From positions 62,001 to 126,000 of the forward strand of contig CDROCS010006029.1 in NCBI GenBank assembly GCA_977020255.1: a stretch of 64,000 nt of DNA, written 5' to 3'. Position numbers and translations under genes: made by a program. Origin of the DNA: Obrimoposthia wandeli (Eukaryota). Under the pieces are notes generated by a model. It was not told where the DNA came from and made no database searches. It worked only from the letters and a program-made list of their open reading frames with translations. Below, piece by piece: positions 1 through 11,123 of the stretch (position 1 is the first letter of the stretch; each line of letters opens with the position of its first letter).

Positions 1-60
1 TACAAATAAAATTGAAAATTTCTCATAATTTACTTACGTATTAGTTTCTGGAAAAGTAAC

Positions 61-1760
61 TCACATTTTCCTGTGAATTATGAATTTGTATGATTCAGTA
101 GCTTATCTGTAAATGAAAGCCGAGTTTAATTTATCGCTGTTGTGCATTTTTGAGTAAAGCGGCCATTGTTGGAAACTGATAACTAACAAAACCGATTCTC
201 AATTTGGCAGTGAATGTGTGCACACGAGTCACGGATTTCGAATAATAATCCAGAGTATATAATGCCGGTAGTGGATCAGCAATTATAATCACAATCCACA
301 GTAAGAGTATCCGAAAATGAGTGCCATGAACCTGAAGCGTGAAGATGCCAAGATCGCAGACTCCGACATGACCAGAAAGATGCAAATGGACGCCATCGAC
401 ATGGCGCTTTATGCTTACAAGAAGTATGGCGTAGAGAAGGACATCGCCGCTCATCTCAAGAAGGAGTTTGACAGCAAGTACCAATCCAAATGGCATGCAA
501 TTGTGGGCAAGAACTTTGGAAGGTACTTGACTTTATCTGCATTTATTTTTTTATTATACACGTAAAATATTAATACTAAATCAATACTTGGTTAGGTAAT
601 TAAAATATATGTCAAACATTAGAAATATCGAATGTGAATCATTGTTAATTAAGAGGATTCATTTTATCAGTAAATTGAATTCTAATTAAAATAAATCATG
701 AAATGTTAACATAATTTTGATAATTTATTATTAATTGTTCAATTTCATTAGTCAGTATTTTTATACGGTACATTTTATTTTAATGTATTGTAAACTTGTC
801 TAAAACAGTTAATAAATATGAACTAATATTGGTCAAAAAGCAAATATACTTAAAAACTTCGAAAAATAATGAATTCGATTATTTGTATTTCTATATGTAG
901 TGTTAACACATTAATTATTGTTGATGTCTATGTAATAAACCTACATTAGCGCTCATTGAATTCTTTCATTTTTACAGCTATGTCAGCCACGAGAAGACCT
1001 GCTTCATTTACTTCTTCCTTGGCCAAGTCGGCATATTGCTCTTCAAGTCCGGATGCTAATATGAAAGCTGTGAAACTTTCCTGTGAAATAAATTGCTTTT
1101 GATGATCTTATATTGTTTTGTGTACATTTATTTAAAGTAGTAATATTTAAAGTAGTTAAATAACGCACATATTGCTCATTATTTTGAAATATTTATTTTA
1201 ATCTTATTGGTACAAACAATTATTACCAATGCGGGGCAATAATCTCAACATGGATATTTATTTAATTATTTTTATTTGTTAATAATATTAAATCAATGAC
1301 GACTTTATATTTGCAAAGTTCCAGAAACGGATGACTAAATTAAAACAGTTAATTGAATAGACTATGTTTATATTCCTGGTCAAGGACAATTTGAAGACCT
1401 AAGTGCAAAAATTAAATTCGATAAAAATACAGTAAAGTAAAAGAAATGGGAATTGTTGAAAATATGCCAAAGTTCATTCGCTCAAAAATGGAATTTATTG
1501 ATCCCAGGTGATTTTGCTGACTATTTTAGTCAGAGTCAACTTAGAAAAACAGAAGAATTAAAGTGAGATACACCGAAACAGCAACACAGATAGGCAGAGT
1601 CAGCAATGGGGAATGACAAGAAGCCTTAAGATTGGGAGAGCAGAAAAAAAATCAGTTTTGGAGAAGAGCTCGTTGAGCTAATCAGAGATCAATTGATCAG
1701 CATTACAAAAAGGAACAACATAGATGAATTGCTACATTAATAAAGAAAAACGAGAAAAAT
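61..1760 (+). repeat. Segmental duplication unit containing the LC8 gene; other copies at about 8530-10118 (inverted) and 10124-11412 (direct)
   Basis: Direct sequence match of upstream region, intron and 3' flank between the three loci. The distal flank (about 1300-1760 vs 8530-8990) is visibly more diverged than the gene body. Confidence 0.92.
317..1059 (+). CDS. DYNLL: Dynein light chain LC8 family protein, copy 1 (exons 317-522, 978-1059; 95 aa)
   Basis: Exon 1 encodes ...[29 protein letters not shown] donor at 523, tttacAG acceptor ending 977. Exon 2 completes [27 protein letters not shown], matching the LC8 C-terminus. Confidence 0.95.
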
Positions 1761-2799
1761 CACTACGACACATTCGGACAAACCCGACGTCAGATGAAAT
1801 CATTTCATTTCAAATAGAATCATTCTTATAAATTTAATTGGGATCATTTTATGAAAATAAGACTGTAAATCGAAGTCATTTTTACAAGTTAAGATTTTAA
1901 CTTTCATAGATTTAAACATTGTATCGGTCTATATCGGCCTTGTTGTCAAATACCATAAAATCACTGACATGTAATTTAATTTTGAGTTTGAACGTGAAAT
2001 AATATATTTTAAAATTATAATATTTATAAAATAAATATATATTACAAAAAATAATTTGAACTTAGAAAATAGAACTTTAATAATATTAACGTAAAAAGTT
2101 ATATTGACATGAAAATATAGTAAAACTTTTTAAATAGTATATCTTACATGCATAATTGTATTTTTTTTTTCCTAAAACAGTTTCATTCGAATTTTTGACT
2201 ATTCAAGAGTATTTAACAAAATTTAATTTGATTTTTTTAGTTCAAATTTTCTAAGTTTGAACAAGTATTTAACAAGCCCATTTTTGATCTTAAATAGCGT
2301 CTTCAAATATAAATCCTGTTAAATAAATAAATTATTGGTGCATTTTATAGCATTATAGTTTTGGTCTTATTGGGCTTCAAATATTAAAAAAAAACCATTC
2401 ACATAGATAAATGACTTTGTTGGGGTTTCTATATGAAACTGTTTTCTAATATAGAACCTCTGAATGGAGGGCCCCAACGTGAGTTCTATAGAAGCAGGAC
2501 TTGTAGATGTTTGTGGCCTACTTAAGTGTTATGCTTGCCTGTCTCTAATTTTATCTGAAGGTTTGTTATTTCTAAATTTGAAGGTCGATAACAACGCTAT
2601 CTAGTTGTAGGAAATCGTTTATTACTAAACACACTAATTTAAACACGTTCTAATTACGTTCTAAAAATAACAATACTATTCCTAAGACTTTCACAAAGTC
2701 TCTACACAAGTGGGAATGAACCACGTATCAATTTTATTTTAGGGTTGGTTGGTTACTAGAGTATTTACTCTAAAATGTGACAAGGTTAAAGTAATAGGT

Positions 2800-3040
2800 T
2801 TTTGGAGAGCTGGTTGCTCTAAAAATAGGGAATGAGTTTAGAGAGCTTGTTGCTCTAAAAATAGGAGTAGTTTAGAGAGCTGGTGCTCTAAAATATGGGT
2901 AGAATATGGGACAGTTAATGCAAAATGTGGGACAATTATATGAAAAATATGGGCAAGTTAATTCAAAATGTGGGACAATTATATGAAAAATATGGGACAA
3001 GTTAATTCAGAATACGGGACAATTATATGAAAAATGGGGA
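2800..3040. repeat. Two short tandem arrays: 3x (T)TAGAGAGCTKGTTGCTCTAAAA hairpin units, then 3x ~43-bp TGGGACAATTATATGAAAAA units
   Basis: GACAATTATA recurs at 2931, 2974 and 3018; AGAGC..GCTCT units at about 2806, 2842 and 2876. Confidence 0.85.
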
Positions 3041-3143
3041 AATTATATATTCTACTTTTCTGCTCACAGTATTAGCAGTATCTTCACGAATTTTTGTTCA
3101 GTACAAATTCAACGAACGCTTTTAATTCTTAACGACTTTTCAT

Positions 3144-3622
3144 TTTCACGCTTTTTACTTTTAACTCAATCTCTAATTCTCAATACTTTCACGCTTTTAC
3201 TTTTTACTCAATCTCTAATTCTCAATACTTTCACGCTTTTACTTTTTACTCAATCTCAAATTCTCAATACTTTCACGCTTTTACTTTTTACTCAATCTCA
3301 AATTCTCAATACTTTCACGCTTTTACTTTTTAACTCAATCTATAATTCTCAATACTTTCACGCTTTTACTTTTTAACTCAATCTCTAATTCTCAATACTT
3401 TCACGCTTTTACTTTTTAACTCAATCTCTAATTCTCAATACTTTCACGCTTTTACTTTTTAACTCAATCTCTAATTCTCAATACTTTCACGCTTTTACTT
3501 TTTAACTCAATCTCTAATTCTCAATACTTTCACACTTTTACTTTTTACTCAATCTCAAATTCTCAATACTTTCACGCTTTTACTTTTTAACTCAATCTCT
3601 AATTCTCAATACTTTCACGCTT
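3144..3622. repeat. Minisatellite, about 11 copies of a 42/43-bp unit (TTTCACGCTTTTACTTTTT(A)ACTCAATCTCTAATTCTCAATAC)
   Basis: CACGC (once CACAC) anchor at 3147, 3190, 3232, 3274, 3316, 3359, 3402, 3445, 3488, 3531, 3573, 3616. Confidence 0.97.
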
Positions 3623-4615
3623 GGCTCTTACCTCCTCCGAATAACCTCAGATGTCGGCCGAACGTTCTGCTCGGTACTCGTTTGATGTGCTGTGGTCGCA
3701 CTGTTCGGTTCTCGTCCTAGGTGACGATTCTGACAGTATCTCCTCGACTGGATTGGCTGCTCTGCTCCTCGTTTTTAGTTGGTCTCTTGGTTGGTCTACG
3801 GATTCGGTTTCAGACTCGATCTCCAATATTTCTTATGTCAGCAGAACGTTCTGCTCGGTTCTCGTTTTTAGTTGTGCTGTTTGGAATAATCGAGTAAGTT
3901 CACTTTTCAATTATTTAGTTTTACCTTCTTCTTCTTTTTCGCTTCTATCTCCAATTAGCTTCGGTGCACGGATTTTATCGACGAGTCTTATATTCTAATT
4001 TTCTGGCGCTCACTTCTGGATTTCTCAAATTTCTATGTGGTAAATTCCACTCTGTTTCTTCGCTCAATTTCTGTGTGGCAATTTCCCCTCTGCTTTTCTT
4101 GCACGAGCTCAAATCGCAGGCCGTTTTCCTGTAACACGATTAATTTATATGTAATTAGCTAAGTGCTTCTTATCGAATCCTGGACGGCTGGTTGAATTCC
4201 CAGCGGTTCTTCTCGATCTACGGCTCCAATACCTGGAAAATTGTATAAATTTGCACTTAATATAAGTGCTCTTACTTCTAGACAGAGCAGACAGAGGCAG
4301 CTTTGATTGTTGCGATATTCTTCTTTCCTTCTTAATTTTTTCTTTTATTGAGTTTTCTTCTTCTAATCAATTTTTCAGTACTTTTCTAACTTCTTTTTTG
4401 GGGCCTTTTGGTAAAGTTTAAAATCCCTTAAATATTCACACACTACACATGACCTTTGTGGTCCTAATATTTTCCCAATAGTTTTATTTTTATAATTTTA
4501 TAATTAATTTTATATTAATTATAACCTTGCTTTCAAGGATTTTTATTTTAATATAAAAATGATTAATTATTTTAATTTTATCAAAACCTAATCCTAACAA
4601 CTTTAATAATGAAAT

Positions 4616-4915
4616 TGTTGGGGTTTTCTTTCAAACTTTTAGAATCCTACTACAGAGGTCCCCAATGTGAGTTCTGTAGCGATAGGGCTTACATATGGAT
4701 GTGGCCTGACTGTTCTAATTTCTGAAGTTTTTTGTGATTTGTTAAAGAGTATGTTTACAGGATAACGTAATTTTTTTTAAAACTATAGTTGCGTTGTGTG
4801 AGGCTGAATTGATAAGCCGGTTAGGCCTAATATGATTTTAGTTTCACAAATAGTCTGGCAAAGCCAAACCATAAATAGGCAAAATCAAGCCGGACTCAAT
4901 CAGTATCGACGGTCT
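4616..4915 (+). mobile_element. Second TGTTGG-family LTR-like fragment
   Basis: Colinear homology with the reverse complement of about 46670-47001 (shared blocks include GAG(A)TATGTTTA, AAAACTAT, AGCCGGTTAG, AAATARGCAAAA). Confidence 0.65.
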
Positions 4916-5373
4916 ATTTTCGTCACAAGACTTTGCATTTTAGTAAATTCCATTATTTTAATTATGAAGAGGTAAATAAATTTGAACCTATTTATATAAA
5001 TTTGAAATATTTTTAATCCAATCACATTCAAGTAAATAATATATTTTTAATTATCAAATGAGAGTTTATAATTTAAAAAATCTGTAACTAATCTTTGCAT
5101 TTCTAAATAAATAGATTTTAAACTTATGTTTTTGAAATTAAAGTAAATAAATTTAAAGACATGTAGAATTATATTATTCCTAAATAATCTGATCACATTC
5201 AAATAAGTTATGTATAATTTTATTTTTCAAATAAGACTTCATATTTTAATAAATCTATAACTTATGATTGTATTTTAATATCACTAAATTTCGTAATAAA
5301 AAATCTAAATTTTTTTAGTTATTTTTTGAAATTAATATAAATTTTTTTTTAATAAAAAACAAAACACGTAAAA

Positions 5374-6640
5374 TTATTTTTTATGAATTATATTGTTTCT
5401 AAAACACTTCACAAAGTCTTCATTGGGATTATCCTCATCGATATCCTTTCGACTGAGAGGTATAGGAGTAAACGGCACTGACTCCTTATATTTCTTTGGT
5501 CGGCCTGGCTTCTTTTTCGGCTGCACCGGTTGCTGTGCAGCAATTGTCGTTCCCTGAGGTTTTGGCAGAAGTTGCCGCAACTTTTTAGAGGAGGTGCAGC
5601 CAATGTCGATGACTCGACGAAGAGGTTGTAGGTTTTGTAGCTTTCCTCTTCAGCGGAGCTTTATTCAGTTTCTCCTCCATCTCACGTTGTAGCTGATGTG
5701 AGACGGCATCCTGCTGCCCTCGCGAATCTGGAAGCATTGCCGGTTGCGGAGTATCCAGTTCCGCCAGAAATTCATCCAATCCAGCTTCATCCCTCTTCAA
5801 ATTCTGGCTGGCTGTTGGCAAAATTTCTCCCCATGTCTCCTCAATTATCTGAACTGGTTCCTGCAACAATAAGACATTAATAAAAGTTTAAAAAATTAAA
5901 ATTAATTAAAAATTTACCTCAATAATAGGATAAGGAACTTTTTCCTGCCGCTCCATCGATACCTCGGTAGAATTGAACAGACAGGATTCACCTTTTTAGA
6001 GCACCTCGTCTTCCGTTGCCCGCTTCATTCGTCTCTGTGGGAAAGGAGAAATGTTTCCCCACGTTTCCTCAGTTAATTGTATTGGTTCTTGCAAAAAACA
6101 TCAATAAAATTGAAACATATAAATAATTTACCTCTATAACGGGAAGGTTTGTCTTATTCAACAACTTAACCTTCTTCCGGTGGACTGTCTGGGTTTTGAC
6201 CCGATTTCTTCGTGGTTTCCTAACCACCGCCTACTTCCTACCAACGGGTAGTTTAAGAGTTGCCTCCTCCATAACTTCCTCCACCAAGTCGGCTTCCTAT
6301 GTGAATAATTAAAATTATTATATAATTTTAAATAATTTACCTTTATATTATCCGGAGTCGCTATGTATTGGTGCTCACTTCTTAGCTCCTCCTGGCTGCA
6401 TTGACTCGTCAAGCACTGTGGTTCTATCAGCCTCTCCACCGTGGTCACTGACAGTGTCTAATCGAGTTGAGGTTTCTGAAAATGAAATTTAAAAAACATT
6501 TGAAATAAATTAAGTCTAACCTCATTCGAATCCTGACTAATATATTGCTGTTTATATTGCTCGTCGGGCCACCGCGGGCCCGAAAAGCACGCCTTGGCTC
6601 TTAGTTGGCTTCACAGGCACTTCCTCACTCTGTGGGAGCA
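5374..6640 (-). pseudogene. Degenerate multi-exon gene with an AT-hook (KKKPGRPKK), adjacent to a Polinton-type terminus
   Basis: Four ~43-58-bp introns with GT donors and AG acceptors, one acceptor mutated. Exons about 6341-6475, 6132-6296, 5918-6088 and 5374-5860. Internal stops and a frameshift near 5585. The 5' region 6550-6725 matches the 42160-42430 region of the Polinton derivative. Confidence 0.7.
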
Positions 6641-7019
6641 CTATGAGATTTTCAATTTTAAAGAGTGTTAAATGTGGATAATTGGTTTTTTGGGTGTTGG
6701 GATGGTAGGGGAAGATAGAAAAACACGTATACGTTAAAATATATAATTTATAAAGTCATATATAGAGATTCAGTGGCAGTGGTATGGCACGGTCGGCACA
6801 TGTGCAGATAAATTGGTGAATTTCAGAAGGTAAATGATAAGCCAGAAATCACAGGGACCTGCTCGAATTCGCTCTTAATAGAAGTCAAGTATCCCATTCG
6901 CTTAATTTTCCAATTTCATTTCCCCACCTTGACCACCTACCATTTACCGCCAGTAAACTGCACTTGTGCAGTTGAAAGGTATATACACATCTCAGGACAT
7001 GTATAGATTTTTTTCACTA

Positions 7020-7139
7020 CACACACAGGCACGAAATTTCACTCTACACACACAAAACGACATGCACGGATTGAAAGGACAGTGGTAGCTCCCCTCGTGG
7101 GGGGAGGGGGGTGGATTAGACCGGACTAATCCACCTACT
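7020..7139. mobile_element. Polinton/Maverick terminal inverted repeat, family A (ends ...CCACCTACT)
   Basis: Matches the TIRs at 40262 and 42516, which flank a pPolB fragment and carry a 6-bp TSD. 5'-AG...CT-3' termini are typical of Polintons. Confidence 0.8.
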
Positions 7140-7199
7140 GACAGAGATATACTAATTTTATTGGCGTATTTGTCAGTCAACATTCTCAAGTTAGCCAGA

Positions 7200-7615
7200 A
7201 GTCAAAGACAAGGTGATGGCATCTTAATTTGGGGAATGTTCGATGGTTTTGGTCATTTACGTATACATGTTGCTGGAAATCAATTAAAAGCTAAGAAATA
7301 TGTCAAAATGTTAAAGGAAAAAAGTCACACCTAGTGTAAGAAATGTGGATTATGATATTATCTATCAACATGAAAATGTATTGATACATACATCAACAAT
7401 TACAAAAAGATTATCTGATAAATAAAAACATTCATAATATCCAAAGGCCAGCTATTAATTCAGATCTTAACTCGATCAAGCATTTATGAGGAATTTTATG
7501 TTTCATGGTATATGGAAGTAATCAGCAATATAAAGATAAAGTGCTTTCACATCGATCACAATCGATTACTGCTTACTGTTATAAAAAGAGAAGGTGGATC
7601 GACAAAATATGAGTT
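7200..7615 (+). mobile_element. Tc1-like transposase remnant
   Basis: Translated fragments GDGILIWGMF, PAINSDLNSIKHL*GIL..VY and RLLTVIKREGGSTKY resemble the Tc1 motifs WPxxSPDLNPIENLW and VIxxxGGxTKY. Confidence 0.75.
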
Positions 7616-8430
7616 TGTTTAATCTACCGTATTTTATTGTTTTGATTTTTTATTGAAGTAAATGTGCTCTAATTTTTATGTTACATTAAATTTCATTAAT
7701 TTTAATAAAACAGACTTGTAACTTATTATAACTACCATCATTATGATTAGATTTTTCCCATTTAATAAATTTGTTCAATACTAAGTTCTAAATAAAAAGA
7801 TATATCAAAAGAAGTATTTTTTTAGATATTGATGTTATAAACTGCATATGTATGTATACATCTGATAGAGGGCGCTAAGATTTCATAAAGTACTGATAAA
7901 ATAGCAAAAAGAAACCGATAGAAAGAAAATCTAGTTTACAATTAAGTACAATTAAACAAACACTATAAACCAAAATCAATAAAAAATTGTTTATTTCACA
8001 GAAAAGCAACTCTCATCTTATCATCCTGACCTAAAGAGCAACATACCAACTTAACCCATTAAGAAATAAATGAAACTGATATTCTCATGAATTACGTAGC
8101 TGCAATGAAATAGTATAAATATTCTAATTTGAATTCAGAATAAAAGCACAATAACTACTTCAAAGGCATATAACAAATTCATAATATATGTAATCATTCA
8201 CATGTTAAGAATTCGTGTAAATATTTAATCATAGTAAATGCATTTAATCATCTTTTGAACAATTCGTTTCTCATAGTGAAGCATTCAAATATTCACAATA
8301 CTTGTTAGTCTAGTAAAATATATAACAATTAAACACAATTAAAAGTTACATTATTTAAAATCCAGTGCCAATAATATTTGTAAGTACCCTTCATAAAGTA
8401 AACACATATTTCATAAATAAATCAAAATAA

Positions 8431-8508
8431 CTTCCGAAGTTCTTTCCCACAAATGCGTGTCACTTTGGTAGATACTTGCTGTCAAACTCCTTCTTCAGAT
8501 GAGCGGCG
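8431..8508 (-). pseudogene. LC8 dynein light chain pseudogene fragment
   Basis: Reverse complement reads [24 protein letters not shown] (W to stop). 5' part missing; more diverged than the three intact copies. Confidence 0.85.
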
Positions 8509-9238
8509 TAAAGAGCCTTCTCGTTTCATCTCTTGATAATTTATCTTATTTTTTATTTGTGTAGCAATTTATCGATGTTGTCTCTTTTCGTAATGCTAGT
8601 GAATTGATCTCTGAGTGCTCTTCTTTCAAGCTCTTCTCTTAAACTGATATTGCTCTGCTCTCCCAATCTTCTGGCTTCTTGTCATCCTCCACTGCTGACT
8701 CTGCCTATCTGTGTTGCTGTGTCGGTGTATCTCACTATAACTCTTCTGTTTTTCTAAGTTGACTCTGACTAAAATAGTCAGCAACATCACCTGGGATCAA
8801 TAAATTCCATTTTTTGAGCTAATGAACTTTACCATAATTTCCACAATTCCCATTTCTTTTACTTTACTGTATTTTTATCTAATTTAATTTTTGAATTTAG
8901 TCTTCAAATTGCCCTTGACCAGGACTATAAACATAGTCAATTCAATTAACTGTTTTAATTTAGTCGTCCGTTTCTGGAAATTTGCAAATATAAAGTCGTC
9001 GTTGATTTAATATTATTAACTATTAAAAATAATTAAATAAATATCCATGTTGAGATTATTGCCCCGCATTGGTAATAATTGTTTGTACCAATAAGATTAA
9101 AATAAATATTTCAAAATAGTGAGCAATATGTGCGTTATTTTAATACTTTAAATATTACTACTTTAAATAAATGTACACAAAACAATATAAGATCATCAAA
9201 AGCAATTTATTTCACAGGAAAGTTTCACAGCTTTCATA

Positions 9239-9981
9239 TTAGCATCCGGACTTGAAGAGCAATATGCCGACTTGGCCAAGGAAGAAGTAAATGAAGCAGG
9301 TCTTCTCGTGGCTGACATAGCTGTAAAAATGAAAGAATTCAATGAGCGCTAATGTAGGTTTATTACATAGACATCAACAATAATTAATGTGTTAACACTA
9401 CATATAGAAATACAAATAATCGAATTCATTATTTTTCGAAGTTTTTAAGTATATTTGCTTTTTGACCAATATTAGTTCATATTTATTAACTGTTTTAGAC
9501 AAGTTTACAATACATTAAAATAAAATGTACCGTATAAAAATACTGACTAATGAAATTGAATAATTAATAATAAATTATCAAAATTATGTTAACATTTCAT
9601 GATTTATTTTAATTAGAATTCAATTTACTGATAAAATGAATCCTCTTAATTAACAATGATTCACATTCGATATTTCTAATGTTTGACATATATTTTAATT
9701 ACCTAACCAAGTATTGATTTAGTATTAATATTTTACGTGTATAATAAAAAAATAAATGCAGATAAAGTCAAGTACCTTCCAAAGTTCTTGCCCACAATTG
9801 CATGCCATTTGGATTGGTACTTGCTGTCAAACTCCTTCTTGAGATGAGCGGCGATGTCCTTCTCTACGCCGTACTTCTTGTAAGCGTAAAGTGCCATGTC
9901 GATGGCTTCCATTTGCATCTTTCTGGTCATGTCGGAGTCTGCGATCTTGGCATCTTCACGCTTCAGGTTCATGGCACTCAT
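9239..9981 (-). CDS. DYNLL: Dynein light chain LC8 family protein, copy 2 (exons 9981-9776, 9320-9239)
   Basis: Near-identical inverted copy with intact ORF and the same intron. Confidence 0.95.
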
Positions 9982-10380
9982 TTTCGGATACTCTTACTGT
10001 GGATTGTGATTATAATTGCTGATCCACTACCGGCATTATATACTCTGGATTATTATTCGAAATCCGTGACTCGTGTGCACACATTCACTGCCAAATTGAG
10101 AATCGGTTTTGTTAGTTATTAAATTCACATTTTCCTGTGAATTATGAATTTGTATGATCCAGTAGCTTATCTGTAAATGAAAGCCGAGTTTAATTTATCG
10201 CTGTTGTGCATTTCTGAGTAAAGCGGCCATTGTTGGAAACTGATAACTAGCAAAACCGATTCTCAATTTGGCAGTGAATGTGTGCACACGAGTCACGGAA
10301 TTCGAATAATAATCCAGAGTATATAATGCCGGTAGTGGATCAGCAATTATAATCACAATCCACAGTAAGAGTATCCGAAA

Positions 10381-11123
10381 ATGAGTGCCATGAACCTGAA
10401 GCGTGAAGATGCCAAGATCGCAGACTCCGACATGACCAGAAAGATGCAAATGGAAGCCATCGACATGGCACTTTACGCTTACAAGAAGTACGGCGTAGAG
10501 AAGGACATCGCCGCTCATCTCAAGAAGGAGTTTGACAGCAAGTACCAATCCAAATGGCATGCAATTGTGGGCAAGAACTTTGGAAGGTACTTGACTTTAT
10601 CTGCATTTATTTTTTTATTATACACGTAAAATATTAATACTAAATCAATACTTGGTTAGGTAATTAAAATATATGTCAAACATTAGAAATATCGAATGTG
10701 AATCATTGTTAATTAAGAGGATTCATTTTATCAGTAAATTGAATTCTAATTAAAATAAATCATGAAATGTTAACATAATTTTGATAATTTATTATTAATT
10801 GTTCAATTTCATTAGTCAGTATTTTTATACGGTACATTTTATTTTAATGTATTGTAAACTTGTCTAAAACAGTTAATAAATATGAACTAATATTTGTCAA
10901 AAAGCAAATATACTTAAAAACTTCAAAAAATAATGAATTTGATTATTTGTATTTCTATATGTAGTGTTAACACATTAATTATTGTTGATGTCTATGTAAT
11001 AAACCTACATTAGCGCTCATTGAATTCTTTCATTTTTACAGCTATGTCAGCCACGAGAAGACCTGCTTCATTTACTTCTTCCTTGGCCAAGTCGGCATAT
11101 TGCTCTTCAAGTCCGGATGCTAA
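10381..11123 (+). CDS. DYNLL: Dynein light chain LC8 family protein, copy 3 (exons 10381-10586, 11042-11123)
   Basis: Intact ORF and splice sites; divergently oriented to copy 2, ATGs about 400 bp apart. Confidence 0.95.

Larger units (their letters stand above)
2418..4400 (+). mobile_element. LTR-like long repeat (family starting TGTTGG), right boundary uncertain
   Basis: Starts TGTTGGGG at 2418. First ~110 bp are homologous to 4616-4710 and to the reverse complement of 46900-47001. Contains internal tandem arrays and pyrimidine-rich tracts; no recognisable pol. Confidence 0.5.

Noticed and set aside
131-496. ORFs 131-496, 9802-10122 and 10195-10560 ([10 protein letters not shown]...)
   Set aside because: Antisense shadows of the LC8 exon; their recurrence only reflects the duplication.
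523-565. LC8 ORF-track C-terminus [14 protein letters not shown]
   Set aside because: Intron read-through; the true C-terminus is in exon 2.
2800-3622. Regularly spaced repeats resembling a CRISPR array
   Set aside because: Units are head-to-tail with no unique spacers, no cas genes are present, and the context is eukaryotic.
3651-3998. 115-aa plus-strand ORF
   Set aside because: Low-complexity sequence inside the LTR-like repeat with internal duplications; no recognisable domain on either strand.
4253-4269. Hairpin GCACTTA-ATA-TAAGTGC
   Set aside because: A 7-bp stem is expected by chance in 64 kb.
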